Positions 53,645 through 64,000 of a stretch of 64,000 nucleotides of DNA are shown here, piece by piece. Source of the stretch: Octopus vulgaris. Lineage: Eukaryota. Under the pieces are notes generated by a model. It was given only the letters and a program-made list of their open reading frames with translations, made no database searches and was not told the origin of the DNA. How positions within the stretch are numbered: position 1 is the stretch's first letter; each line of letters starts with the position of its first letter. The stretch lies in assembly GCA_951406725.2 (NCBI GenBank), contig OX597833.1, forward strand, positions 52,328,001 to 52,392,000, written 5' to 3'. The translations under genes and the position numbers were made by a program.

Positions 53645-53951
53645 CCTGTTTCTCTCTATTTTTTCTCTTTCTCTTTTTCTCTCCCTCTCAACCCCACCCC
53701 TAATGTCCTTTGTTCTCACTCTGTCACATGTCGCTTTCCCTTACTCTACATTCATAATCTCTCTTTTTCTCTGTCACATACACGGACTCACTCATACTCC
53801 AAAGCTCTCTCTCTCTCTCGTATGTTCTAACTTACATATTCGTTCACTCTCCTTCAATTACTATCTCACTCACTCCCTTTTATTCTCACTCAAATACTCG
53901 CTCTCTCTCACTCTTTCTGCTCTGCTTCTCTCTGCCCTTCTCTCTATCTGC

Positions 53952-53988
<37 letters not shown>

Positions 53989-54745
53989 TCTCTGCCTCTC
54001 CCTCTCTCAGCCTTTCCTTCTCTTTGCCTCCCTGTCTCACGTATTCTCACTCACTCACATACTCTTTCTCTCTCACTCTTTCTGCCTCTGCTTCTCTCTG
54101 CCCTTCTCTCGCTCTCTCTCTCTCTGCCTCTCTCTCTCTCTCTCTCAGCCTCTCACTCTCTCTGCTACCCTCTCTCTCACTTATTCTTACTCACTCATAT
54201 ACTCTTTCTCTCTCATTCTTTCTGCCTCTGCTTCTCTCTGCCCTTCTCTCTCCCCCTCTGCCTCTCCCTCTCTCAGTCTCTCCTCCTCTCTGCCTCTCCC
54301 TCTCTCAGCATCTCCCTCTTTCTGCCTCTCTCTCACTCTTGCAGTCACACCCACTGCAAGCCTCTCTCATTCTCACTCTCATGTTATCGCTCTGCCACAC
54401 TCCACTCCCATTCTCTCTCTTTTTCTCACTCACACATCGTCTCTCTCCATTTCTTTCTTCTCCACTCTCTTCCCCTCTCTTCTCTTAATCTTAATTTAGT
54501 GTCTTCTTGGTCACTTACTCACACATACGTTCACTTATTCAACGACACATCAATCTCTCTCACCCGTCTTTTGTCTCTCTCACTCAACCAACCACACTCC
54601 CTCTATCTCTTTGTCTTACTCTAATGTTTTCTCTCTCTCTCTCACTCTTCAATGCTCACTCACTCAACCACATATACGCACTCTCTCTCTCCCCCTCTCT
54701 CTCTCTCACACTCTCTCTCTCACTCTCTCTCTCTCGTCTTACTCT
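53645..54745. repeat. ~1.1-kb CT-rich (polypyrimidine) tract with recurring CTCTTTCTGCCTCTGCTTCTCTCTGCCCTTCTCTC-like units
   Basis: The unit recurs near 53910, 54076 and 54215. Confidence 0.9.
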
Positions 54746-55176
54746 TAGTCATTCATCCATCCAACTTTATTCAATATCTTTTACTCTTTTATCGGTACAC
54801 TTTTTTTTCCATTATTGTTTTTTCTAAAATATTTTTACATTTTTTCCCGAAATCTGATTTTATTTCATTTTCAAGAAATTTCTTTTTTACCCATAATTCT
54901 AAACGTTGCACTCCATCTGCTATTCTTCGGCTTCTCTGCTTCTTTTGTCCCATCCTGTCTGTCTCTTTCTCTCTCATAATTCTCTACATATCTCTAATTC
55001 CAGAAGCACCAATTCTTTTTCTCACTCTTTTATTCCACCATTTCTTTATAGACTTACGTTTTAAACATGTTTCACACACGGCTGTGTGGTTAAGAATCTC
55101 GCATTGCAGCCACCTCATCTTGGGTTCAGTCCCACTGTACAGCTCCAGGGGTGTATTCCATATATATATTACATAA

Positions 55177-55407
55177 GGCGGCGAGCTGGCAGAAACGTTA
55201 GCACGCCGGGCGAAATGCGTAGCCGAATTTCGTCTGTCGTTACGTTCTGAGTTCAAATTCCGCCGAGGTCGACTTTGCCTTTCATCCTTTCGGGGTCGAT
55301 AAATAAAGTACCAGTTTCGCACTGAGGTCGATGTAATCGACTTAATCTTTTTGTCTGTCCTTGTTTGTCCCCTCTATGTTTGGCCCCTTGTGGGCAGTAA
55401 AGAAATA
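55177..55407 (+). mobile_element. SINE family A with ~10-bp TSD
   Basis: ATATTACATA occurs on both sides. Confidence 0.92.
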
Positions 55408-56273
55408 CATATTACATAGGCATATTTATATTTACGCGGCTATCTACCTATGATATGTGTGCATTAGTGATATCATGTACAGCACATTTCTAAAATAAGT
55501 TTGCATTATGCATTTAAATGGATATTTTATGTATTTTTTTTCGTTTGCAAGATTCTTTATATGAATTCGTGTGTCGAAGCATATTTTATTGAGTCCACTT
55601 CAAACATCACACATAAACACAGCCACAAACATATGCACTCACACACACATACACATCATCATCATCATCATCCTCATCATCATCATCAGCATCAGCATCA
55701 TCAGTATCCCTCTTGCCATTTCAAATTCTTTCTCCTTTCTAACACCCGCTTTTTATTTTTGTTTTTTTGTTTCCTTTCATTTTCTATGCCTGACCTTTTT
55801 TTCACTTTTTCTTATTCTTTTCCATATTATTCTTTCTTTACAGAAAAAAAAATCCAATTTCTTCCTTAATTCACGCTGGCCTTATTAAAACAAGATTAGT
55901 AGAAGCTCTGACAATAGCCTGCTCAATACACACATATACACATACATTTACACATACAGGCGAGCATAAACGTACATATACATGACGACGCATAGATACG
56001 CAGAGAAGCAAACGTACAACACACAAAGATTCAAACACTGAAATACAAACAAATGCATTCGCACATGAAGATGAGGTGACTCTCAACAAACACATACACT
56101 CACACATTTACCCACACATGCACTCACACGATTACATACGCATACATGCACACGAATACACAGACATAAAATTGTATACACACATGTCCTCATATATTTT
56201 TTCTCTTATGTTTCTCAATGCCACTTTTATTGTATTGTGACAGTGCTAGAGCCCTCTCTTTAAGAGATTAGAC

Positions 56274-56405
56274 CAGTGGTTCTTAACTGGATACATATGG
56301 CCCTTGGAAATCCATATGGCCCTCTAGAATCCATATGGCCCTCGGGAATCCATATGGCCCTCTAGAATCCATATGGCCCTTGGGATCCATATAAGATTTT
56401 GTTGT
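56274..56405 (+). repeat. hAT-like terminus followed by ~5 copies of a 19-bp minisatellite
   Basis: CAGTGGTTCTTAAC, then repeats like ATCCATATGGCCCTCTAGA. Confidence 0.75.
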
Positions 56406-56411
56406 TAGAAC

Positions 56412-56640
56412 TTATTTGCAGTTTGCTCCTTCTCGAGCCATCCCTGGCTCATTAGGGCCGGTTTCCCGGTTTCCTTGGTTTATAGGTTCCCCACCTGGAC
56501 GGGACGCCGGTCCGTGGCAGGTGAGCTGCAAGGTGCAAGAGGAAACAGTGAGAGAAAGTTGTGGCGAAAGAGTCAGCAGAAGTTCGCCATTACCTTCTGC
56601 CGGAGCCGCGCGGACCTTAGATGTTTCGCTCATAAACACA
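56412..56640 (-). mobile_element. SINE family C (body N + tail X), headless
   Basis: GGTTTCCCGGTTTCC...GAGAGAAAGTTGTGGCGAAAGAGTCAGCAG on the + strand. Confidence 0.85.
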
Positions 56641-56964
56641 TACATCAATGCGATTTTGGTTATATAAGTACTATTTTGGTAATATAAGTACTAGGTTTAA
56701 GAAATAAGCCCTGGAGTCGATTTTTTTGAGTAAAACCCTTGAAGGTGGTGCTCCAGCATAGCCGCAGTCAAACGACTGAAACAAGAGAATAAAAGAAGAA
56801 AATAATGAACAATATGCAATGGAATTAAAAATTCTATTCAAGTTTAGATTGCTTCAATAAATAATGTACTAAAATGAGGCAAAACCACCTGACTATTTAG
56901 TTAGGTTCCTTTCCTAGTTCCCTAATAAAATATTGCCACCTTTCTTCTCTGTCACGTTTGTTGT

Positions 56965-57244
56965 ATGGTACTCCGTCGGTTACGACGACGAGGGATCCAG
57001 TTGATCCGATCAACGGAAAAAACGTGTAGCCTTAATGTAGTTCTAATGGAGTATCAGCGTGACACAAAATGTGACAAGGCTTACCGTTTGAATTACACGT
57101 ACTGATCAGTTTTGCCAGCTGAGTGGACTGGAACAATGCGAAATAAAGTGTCTTGTTCAAGGACAGAACGCTCCGCCGGTTTTCGAACTCATGACCTCAC
57201 GATCGTGAGCTGGACACCATAACCACTAAGCCATTCGTCTTCAC
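56965..57244 (-). mobile_element. SINE family C (body M + tail Y)
   Basis: ACTCCGTCGGTTACGACGACGAGGG (tail Y), CAGCTGAGTGGACTGG (body M), TAACCACTAAGCCA (head). Confidence 0.85.
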
Positions 57245-57311
57245 ACGTTTTTTGTATATTGGCTTTAAATTTTAGCGCAAGGCTAGCAACTTTTGTTGCA
57301 TATTATATATA

Positions 57312-57700
57312 CTGGCGGTGTTGCTCGGGTTTGTTTTCTTTTCGACCCTTTAGAATTGGAATTTTTGAAAAGTAAAAATTTTGCATTATGTAGCTTGTTA
57401 TTCTCTTTAAGTGAACATTTTTCTGATTGAAATGCACCGAAAAATGGCGACACCGCAGCCAAAACATCGTAAAAAAATAGGGATTTTCATAGAAAAAAAA
57501 ACTCGTTTTTGATGTAAATAATTTTTGGTGTTATCACGGTCCGATTTGAGTTTTTTCTTCTACGGAAGGAGGAGAAAGCCTTCCTCTATCATACTCTCAA
57601 TTTTGGTCAACTTGCACCGCAGGGTCTATGGAGGAGATAGTGTTAATTCAAAGCTACCAAATCTGCCATACACAGACAACTTCAGCTTTATATATATAGA
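57312..57700 (-). mobile_element. Non-autonomous Helitron, second copy
   Basis: Homologous to 23834-24274. Ends CAGCTTTATATATATAGA|T on +; the 3' terminus is CCAG and the hairpin is partly deleted. Confidence 0.82.
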
Positions 57701-58280
57701 TTTAGGTTGCACGTATACCGGTTCGTTTACAAAGCATTTACCATTTATTGTTTATCGTATAATACTTTATCTGAAAAAAAAACTAAACATTCAACAGAAT
57801 ATAAAAGCATTTAGTAAATCCACGAGTAAACAACGGAATGTCAGAATAAAATTCGCCAAAGAATGCTACACACCCTTTAGAATACTAAGGTACTGTGATG
57901 ACTACACTGTCTTTATATTTGTTTAAAGTATTGTATAGAACACTAAAGAATTCTGTAGAATACTTTATTCTTACACTATGGCAACACACACACATACACA
58001 CGCACACACGGACATTCACACACGGACAAACATACGTGTTATTTTTTAATTAAAATGCAAATGATTCATGACAGAAAGTCACGAAACATTTAAATTTTAA
58101 TTAAAAAATAAATAATTTGATTCGTACTTGGACAAAGCAATAACCCTTTTAATAAGTCCATTAGAAAGAAACAACAGTTCTTTTTGTTTGTCATGTGTCA
58201 ACTGAATTTTAGCAGAGAAAATTATATATATATATATATGCATGTATACTTTATTTAAAAGCAGCAGAAATATAACACAA

Positions 58281-58320
58281 GCTGTTACTCAGAGTTTCAC
58301 GTTCCCGTTCGTCGGGGAGT
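58281..58320 (-). ncRNA. Hammerhead-like motif (CCGACGA core) in a Penelope-LTR-like segment ending AATAAA...(TA)n
   Basis: CCGACGA-ACG-ggaa-CGU-GAAA-CUC-u-GAG-UA (58315-58286). Stem I is degenerate. Confidence 0.55.
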
Positions 58321-59031
58321 TTTGTTAAAATAGAACAGAAATAACAATTTGATGAAAAATAGTTAAAGGATACACCTTTAAAAATAGATTTGTTTCATTG
58401 GTCCTTTCAAATAACGGTGATAAATAAAACAAACAAAATAAATGAATTCAATATAAATTATAAATTATGAAAATCGAGGAAAAACCTTAAATCGGAGAGC
58501 GGATTCAAAATACATATTGTCATTAATTATATATTAAATATAATTCAATTAATACAATTAATACATTAAAAATTTAAATATTTCACAACAGTATATACGC
58601 ATACTAAATCATCAATAAACATATATACATAAAAATGCACAGATGGATGTACACAGACCACATACATATGCAGGCATATATATGCAAGACGTAAATATAT
58701 ATGGTCCTTTTAACATATAAGTATTATGTTTTTAAATGCCTACAACCCTAATATATTGACATCTGTAGGCAATGTAAGTTGGATAAACTTTTGACCATAG
58801 GCTGAAACAGCTGTAAGAAGTGGTTTATGGATTTCAATAATTTATAATATGACTTTTAAAATCTGTGTTTGTATTATTATATTATCTATTGATTTATATA
58901 TCATTTTGTATGCTTTTGATGTTCTCATTTGTAAAATGAATAAATAATCTAACATTGTAATATCCGCAGGTTGATGAACAAACTGAATTTGTTTCTCCAT
59001 TTTCTTATTTGTATTATATATATATATATAT

Positions 59032-59389
59032 ATAAATGAAAGAATGGAGTTGAACGACGATTTAACAAAATTCCTTTATTCTTGACATATGTTTCGAAGG
59101 CTGCATATTCCTAATTTCGAAGGAATAAGGGGGTGCATTATGCCGCCTTCTCATCAGGAAAAACAAGGAACTAGCCTTCGAAACATATGTCGAGAATAAA
59201 GGAATTTTGTTAAATCGTCGTTCAACTCAATTCTTTCATTTATTTGTATAAAAAAACACACAAATTTCCACACGAAAGCACGTGATCTCTGCCCTTGGCG
59301 TGTAGCTTCAACCATGTTTTTCTGACGTGAATTTGCTACCCAGGTACCGGTTAACCGAATTATCCATACTAAGATAATTCATTCAACTA

Positions 59390-59392
<3 letters not shown>
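59032..59392. mobile_element. Penelope-LTR/retrozyme-like insertion with a 71-bp inverted duplication, bounded by (TA)n on both sides
   Basis: Arms 59032-59102 and 59173-59243 (2 mismatches). Confidence 0.8.
59071..59170 (-). ncRNA. Type I hammerhead ribozyme, canonical core
   Basis: CUGAUGA (59157-59151); stem II GAAGGCGGCAUA/UAUGCAGCCUUC (11/12 bp); GAAA (59095-59092); palindromic CAUAUG; GUC cleavage triplet (cut between 59084 and 59083); stem I UUCCUUGUUUUUC/AAGAAUAAAGGAA. Confidence 0.85.
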
Positions 59393-59464
<72 letters not shown>

Positions 59465-60109
59465 TATGTATGTTCAAATGTATGCTTATTGCTTTTCGTC
59501 AAATAGTTTGCATTACTTGTATTGTATACCTGATATTTTTACCCCAATATATTGAGCATTTTGGTAAACTGTTCCACGAAAATAGATCGTGATAATATAT
59601 TTTCAGAAACACTTCATTCTCTATGTTACTCCCCATTTTAAATACCTACATGTGTATGAATGTGCGCGTATGAAAGCATATTTATGTGCATGTGTGTATA
59701 TGTGCATGTGTGTATGAGTGTATGTGTGTGTATGTGTGTGTATGTGTGTGATTCTGTGCATATGTCATTTCCTAAAGTGATCGTCATTGTTACGTTAGAG
59801 TCTAACGGTTAGACACTGAAAAACTTCCTTCAAATACAATCGGATATGTTAGATGTGTCAAGTATATGACGTACGTATATGATATATGCGTACATCTGTA
59901 ATTCTCTTCAAATGTGTTACATATGTACCACAACGCTCGGCATTAATACACACATACGCATAAGTTATAGGCAGTCGCATACGCACATACATGCATGTAT
60001 GTATATACGTACGTACGTACACATGTCGTAACACACTTGTCTGTATGCCAATTGTTTCCAGATAATCTCTTCGAACATGTATATACATGTATGTGATAAA
60101 CACGCTTGG

Positions 60110-60133
60110 ATAAAGCACCAATATATATATATG

Positions 60134-60211
<78 letters not shown>

Positions 60212-60502
60212 TGTGTATATACACACACACATGCACACACACACACACATATATATATATATGTATATATATATATGTATACGCATACGTAGACCACAGA
60301 CATATGCACACGATCAAACAAACAATATATATATGTAAATATATACATATATATAAATACGTATAAAATATATATATATATATATACACGGATATATATA
60401 TGTATATATACATATTCGCGCACACAGACATATATGTACATATATATATATGTATACACACATACATATATATATATATGTATGTATATATGTATATATA
60501 TG

Positions 60503-60575
<73 letters not shown>

Positions 60576-60598
60576 GTAAGTATATATATATGTGTGTG

Positions 60599-60629
<31 letters not shown>

Positions 60630-60648
60630 ATATCTATATATATATATA

Positions 60649-60700
<52 letters not shown>
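60110..60700. repeat. (TA)n/(CA)n/(TATC)n compound microsatellites
   Basis: Directly visible. Confidence 0.95.
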
Positions 60701-60704
<4 letters not shown>

Positions 60705-61333
60705 ACTGTAAACAGGTAAGGAGACATAAGCAAAAAATATTGTGAATAGATAAAGGCAGAAAGAGTCACTACTAGAAGAATTTCATGAATCTACAAAACA
60801 ACAACAACAACAACAACAACGAAAAAGCGGAAAACAAAAAAAAAGCAATAAACCCCCACAAACAGAATGGAATAAGCAACGAAAGGAAGACATACGAATA
60901 AAAGCAGAAAGAATTGAAAGTAAAAAAACAAAAAAAAAACAAAAAAGACCCAAACAGATTCAAAGAAATACAAAAAACATTCATATCTTGTTAGCTGTTG
61001 GCAACGTTTATTTTTTGTTTGTCTTTTTTTTGTGTGTGAGTTTTTTTTCTTCTTACGGGTTGCAAAACGAAGTTTGGGTGGATGCGTATGGTGGGTTTAA
61101 ATGTGAAAAGATCTAGGAGGTAGGGGTGTTGTGTTATACGCGGATTTGATATTAATGTATGCGCGGGGAAGTCTGGTCTATTTTTGAGTAACATTTTTAA
61201 CCCTGTCACTCAGAGATATTTTGGTATGACAAGTTACGTCTGTATTATACACACACACGCACACACACACACACACAGACTCACACACACATATATATTA
61301 ATATATACACACATATATATTAATATATATACA

Positions 61334-61562
61334 GGCGGCGAGCTGGCAGAAGCGTTAGCGCGCCGGACGAAATGCTTAGCGGTATTTCGTCTGTCGTTAC
61401 GTTCTGAGGTCAAATTCCGCCGGGGTCGACTTTGCCTTTCATCCTCTCGGGGTCGATAAATAAAGTACCAGTTTCGCACTAGGTCGATATAAACGACTTA
61501 ATCCCTTTGTCTGTCCTTGTTTGTCCCCTCTATGTTTAGACCCTTGTGGACAATAAAGAAAT
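61334..61562 (+). mobile_element. SINE family A
   Basis: Full head and tail. The flanks repeat ATATATATTAATATATATA (probable TSD). Confidence 0.9.
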
Positions 61563-61590
61563 ATATATATTAATATATATATATATATAG

Positions 61591-61621
<31 letters not shown>

Positions 61622-61682
61622 CAGACAGATAGATAGACACAGAGAGAGATACATACATAATACACATATATATATATATATA

Positions 61683-61880
61683 CGGTTTCCCGGTTTCCTT
61701 GGCGTATAGGTTCCCCGCCTGGGCGGGACACCGGTCGGTCGCAGGTGAGCTGCAAGATGCAGGAGGAAAGAGTGAGAGAAAGGTGTGGCGAAAGAGTCAG
61801 CAGGAGTTCGCCATTACCTTCTGCCGGAGTCGCGTGGAGCTTAGATGTTTCGCTCATACCACTAGGCCATGGGCCTCCAC
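61683..61880 (-). mobile_element. SINE family C (body N + tail X) with an internally deleted head
   Basis: Homologous to 56460-56635; ends ACCACTAGGCCATGGGCCTCCAC on +. Confidence 0.85.
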
Positions 61881-61883
61881 ATA

Positions 61884-61936
<53 letters not shown>

Positions 61937-62413
61937 GCATGGCTGCATGGCCGCAGCTCTGAGCTGAAACTAGAAAAAAAAAAGAAAAAATATATATATA
62001 TATAGATAAACACATACGCATACACACACACACACACACACAAAACACACACACACACACACACATACACTCACACATATATATACATATATATCCTACT
62101 CTATATGCACCAATTAATTTTATTCATTACTCATGCTTGCGGGGCACATGCACATACATATCGGCATATAGAAAATATACGCATTTTACGTGTGTGGGTC
62201 TAGATAGATATATATTATAGACATAGAGAGAGAGAGAGAGAGAGAGAGAGACTGACAGACAGACAGATAGGGAGGGAGAGAAATAGAGAAAGAGAGAGAG
62301 ATATACACATATGTATGAATATATATCTCCATGTATAATTATAATATAAATGCTATATATATACGTACTTACATATATACATATAGATATATATAGAGTG
62401 ACAGGCTCGTACT

Positions 62414-62453
<40 letters not shown>

Positions 62454-62485
62454 CAGACAGATAGATAGATAGATAGACAGATAGA

Positions 62486-62596
<111 letters not shown>

Positions 62597-62657
62597 ATAG
62601 ATATTCTTATGAATGCAGTAACCTTTTTGTATGTATTCATGTCTGAATGTTTAACAG

Positions 62658-62841
62658 TGATGGTGGTATGTATGATGACTCGTGTAAGTTGGCAGGTTTG
62701 GATGTTACATCAGAATTGTCCTCTACGGTGTTTGCTGTCAGCCATGACTTTACAGCAAATTCCGTATCGCACGCTTTGGAAAGTAGCCTGATGAAGAAGT
62801 GTAAAGACGATTCGAGAATAGAACGAGAGAGCAGAACATGA
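62658..62841 (+). CDS. Candidate terminal coding exon of an unidentified gene
   Basis: Non-repetitive island with acceptor-like TGTTTAACAG| followed by 60 open codons of ordinary composition ([60 protein letters not shown]) ending TGA. No recognised domain. Confidence 0.45.
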
Positions 62842-62927
62842 TTTTTTAAATAATGCCATGTGTTGAGCTAACATGCAGTCAGTCAGATCATATACACATC
62901 ATTTTCTGTACAGACGGATGCATGTAC

Positions 62928-62998
<71 letters not shown>

Positions 62999-63062
62999 AT
63001 ACCATAACACACCACACTCATGCATACACATTGACACACACAGACGTATATATATGTATGTG

Positions 63063-63121
<59 letters not shown>

Positions 63122-63752
63122 TTACACATATACATATATGTATATATATAAATATATATATATGTACGCATAAACAAGTACGTGTATGTATACATGTACA
63201 CACACAAGTGTATATATATTTTATATATATTTATATATATATATATATATACATATACAAATATATACATGTATGTTTGTATGAATGTAAGTATGTATAT
63301 AAATAAATTTTTTGAAGGTGAAAGCTCCACATTAGGTTTCTTACATAACCCACTTTATACATACACACACACACACACGCATATATATATTCACAAATAC
63401 GTGTATATTCGTGCATGTATACATATACACACACATATATATACACATATACACACATATATATATACACATATGCACACACACCCACACACATATATAT
63501 ATATACATGCATATATATACATACATATGTATTCATCTAACTGCTATGTACAAATACACACACAAACACACACACACACACACACACACATACACCAACA
63601 CGCACACATACATGTGGTATACTTATATTTTTGTTTTTTAAAGGGAGAGAATTCATTGAATATTTTTTCCGTCATAATAATGATAAGCATACTGCAACTG
63701 TATATACGCATCTCGGCTTTCGTTGATAGTTATCAGTGTAAGAGATATATCC

Positions 63753-63779
63753 AACGTTTTGAACAGATGTCTTCATCAG
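63753..63779 (-). ncRNA. Decayed hammerhead-like motif
   Basis: CUGAUGA-AGACAUCUGUUC-AAAA-CG-UU. The GAAA>AAAA change is consistent with CpG decay, as at 7491. Confidence 0.4.
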
Positions 63780-64000
63780 CGTAAAAGAAGTACACGACAC
63801 AGTAATTTTAGATTCTTACTTGTCTCAGAGACTCTGTGCATCGGATTTAGAACGTAAAACAAGGTGAATGTGTAGACATTGATAGAATTTTTATGGTAGT
63901 AGAATGGGCCGTCTCCACCAACTCTTCTCGCCGTCAAGAAAGACAGGAGTCTCAACAACCTCTTTGAAGCTCCAAAGTGCTCAGTCAGACTCTTTTAAAT

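Noticed and set aside
53112-54488. 458-aa Pro/Leu/Ser-rich ORF (formin/extensin-like appearance)
   Set aside because: Entirely (CCA)n and (CT)n repeats that lack stop codons; no domain content.

Overview
AT-rich, extremely repeat-dense eukaryotic DNA. It is most likely an octopus (coleoid cephalopod) intronic/intergenic region; that assignment is from recall of the SINE families, not a database match. Almost all of the ORF track is microsatellite or SINE artefact. Supported content: (i) three abundant tRNA-type SINE groups (here A, B, C), often nested, concatemeric or carrying clear target-site duplications (TSDs); (ii) decayed fragments of RTE, CR1-type and Penelope-like (GIY-YIG) retroelements, mariner/pogo remnants, two non-autonomous Helitrons and several MITEs, some with internal telomere-like repeats; (iii) one plausible terminal coding exon near 62.7 kb. 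The most interesting signal is a set of about 11 hammerhead-ribozyme-like motifs from several unrelated short elements, most of which end in (TA)n microsatellites. One has a fully canonical core inside a 71-bp inverted duplication (59.0-59.2 kb), two carry a CUGU core variant, and one was hit by a SINE inside its catalytic core. They point to several Penelope-LTR/retrozyme-like, microsatellite-targeting families. No prokaryotic genes, CRISPR arrays, rRNA or intact tRNA genes were seen. Coordinates were read by eye and repeat boundaries are approximate.
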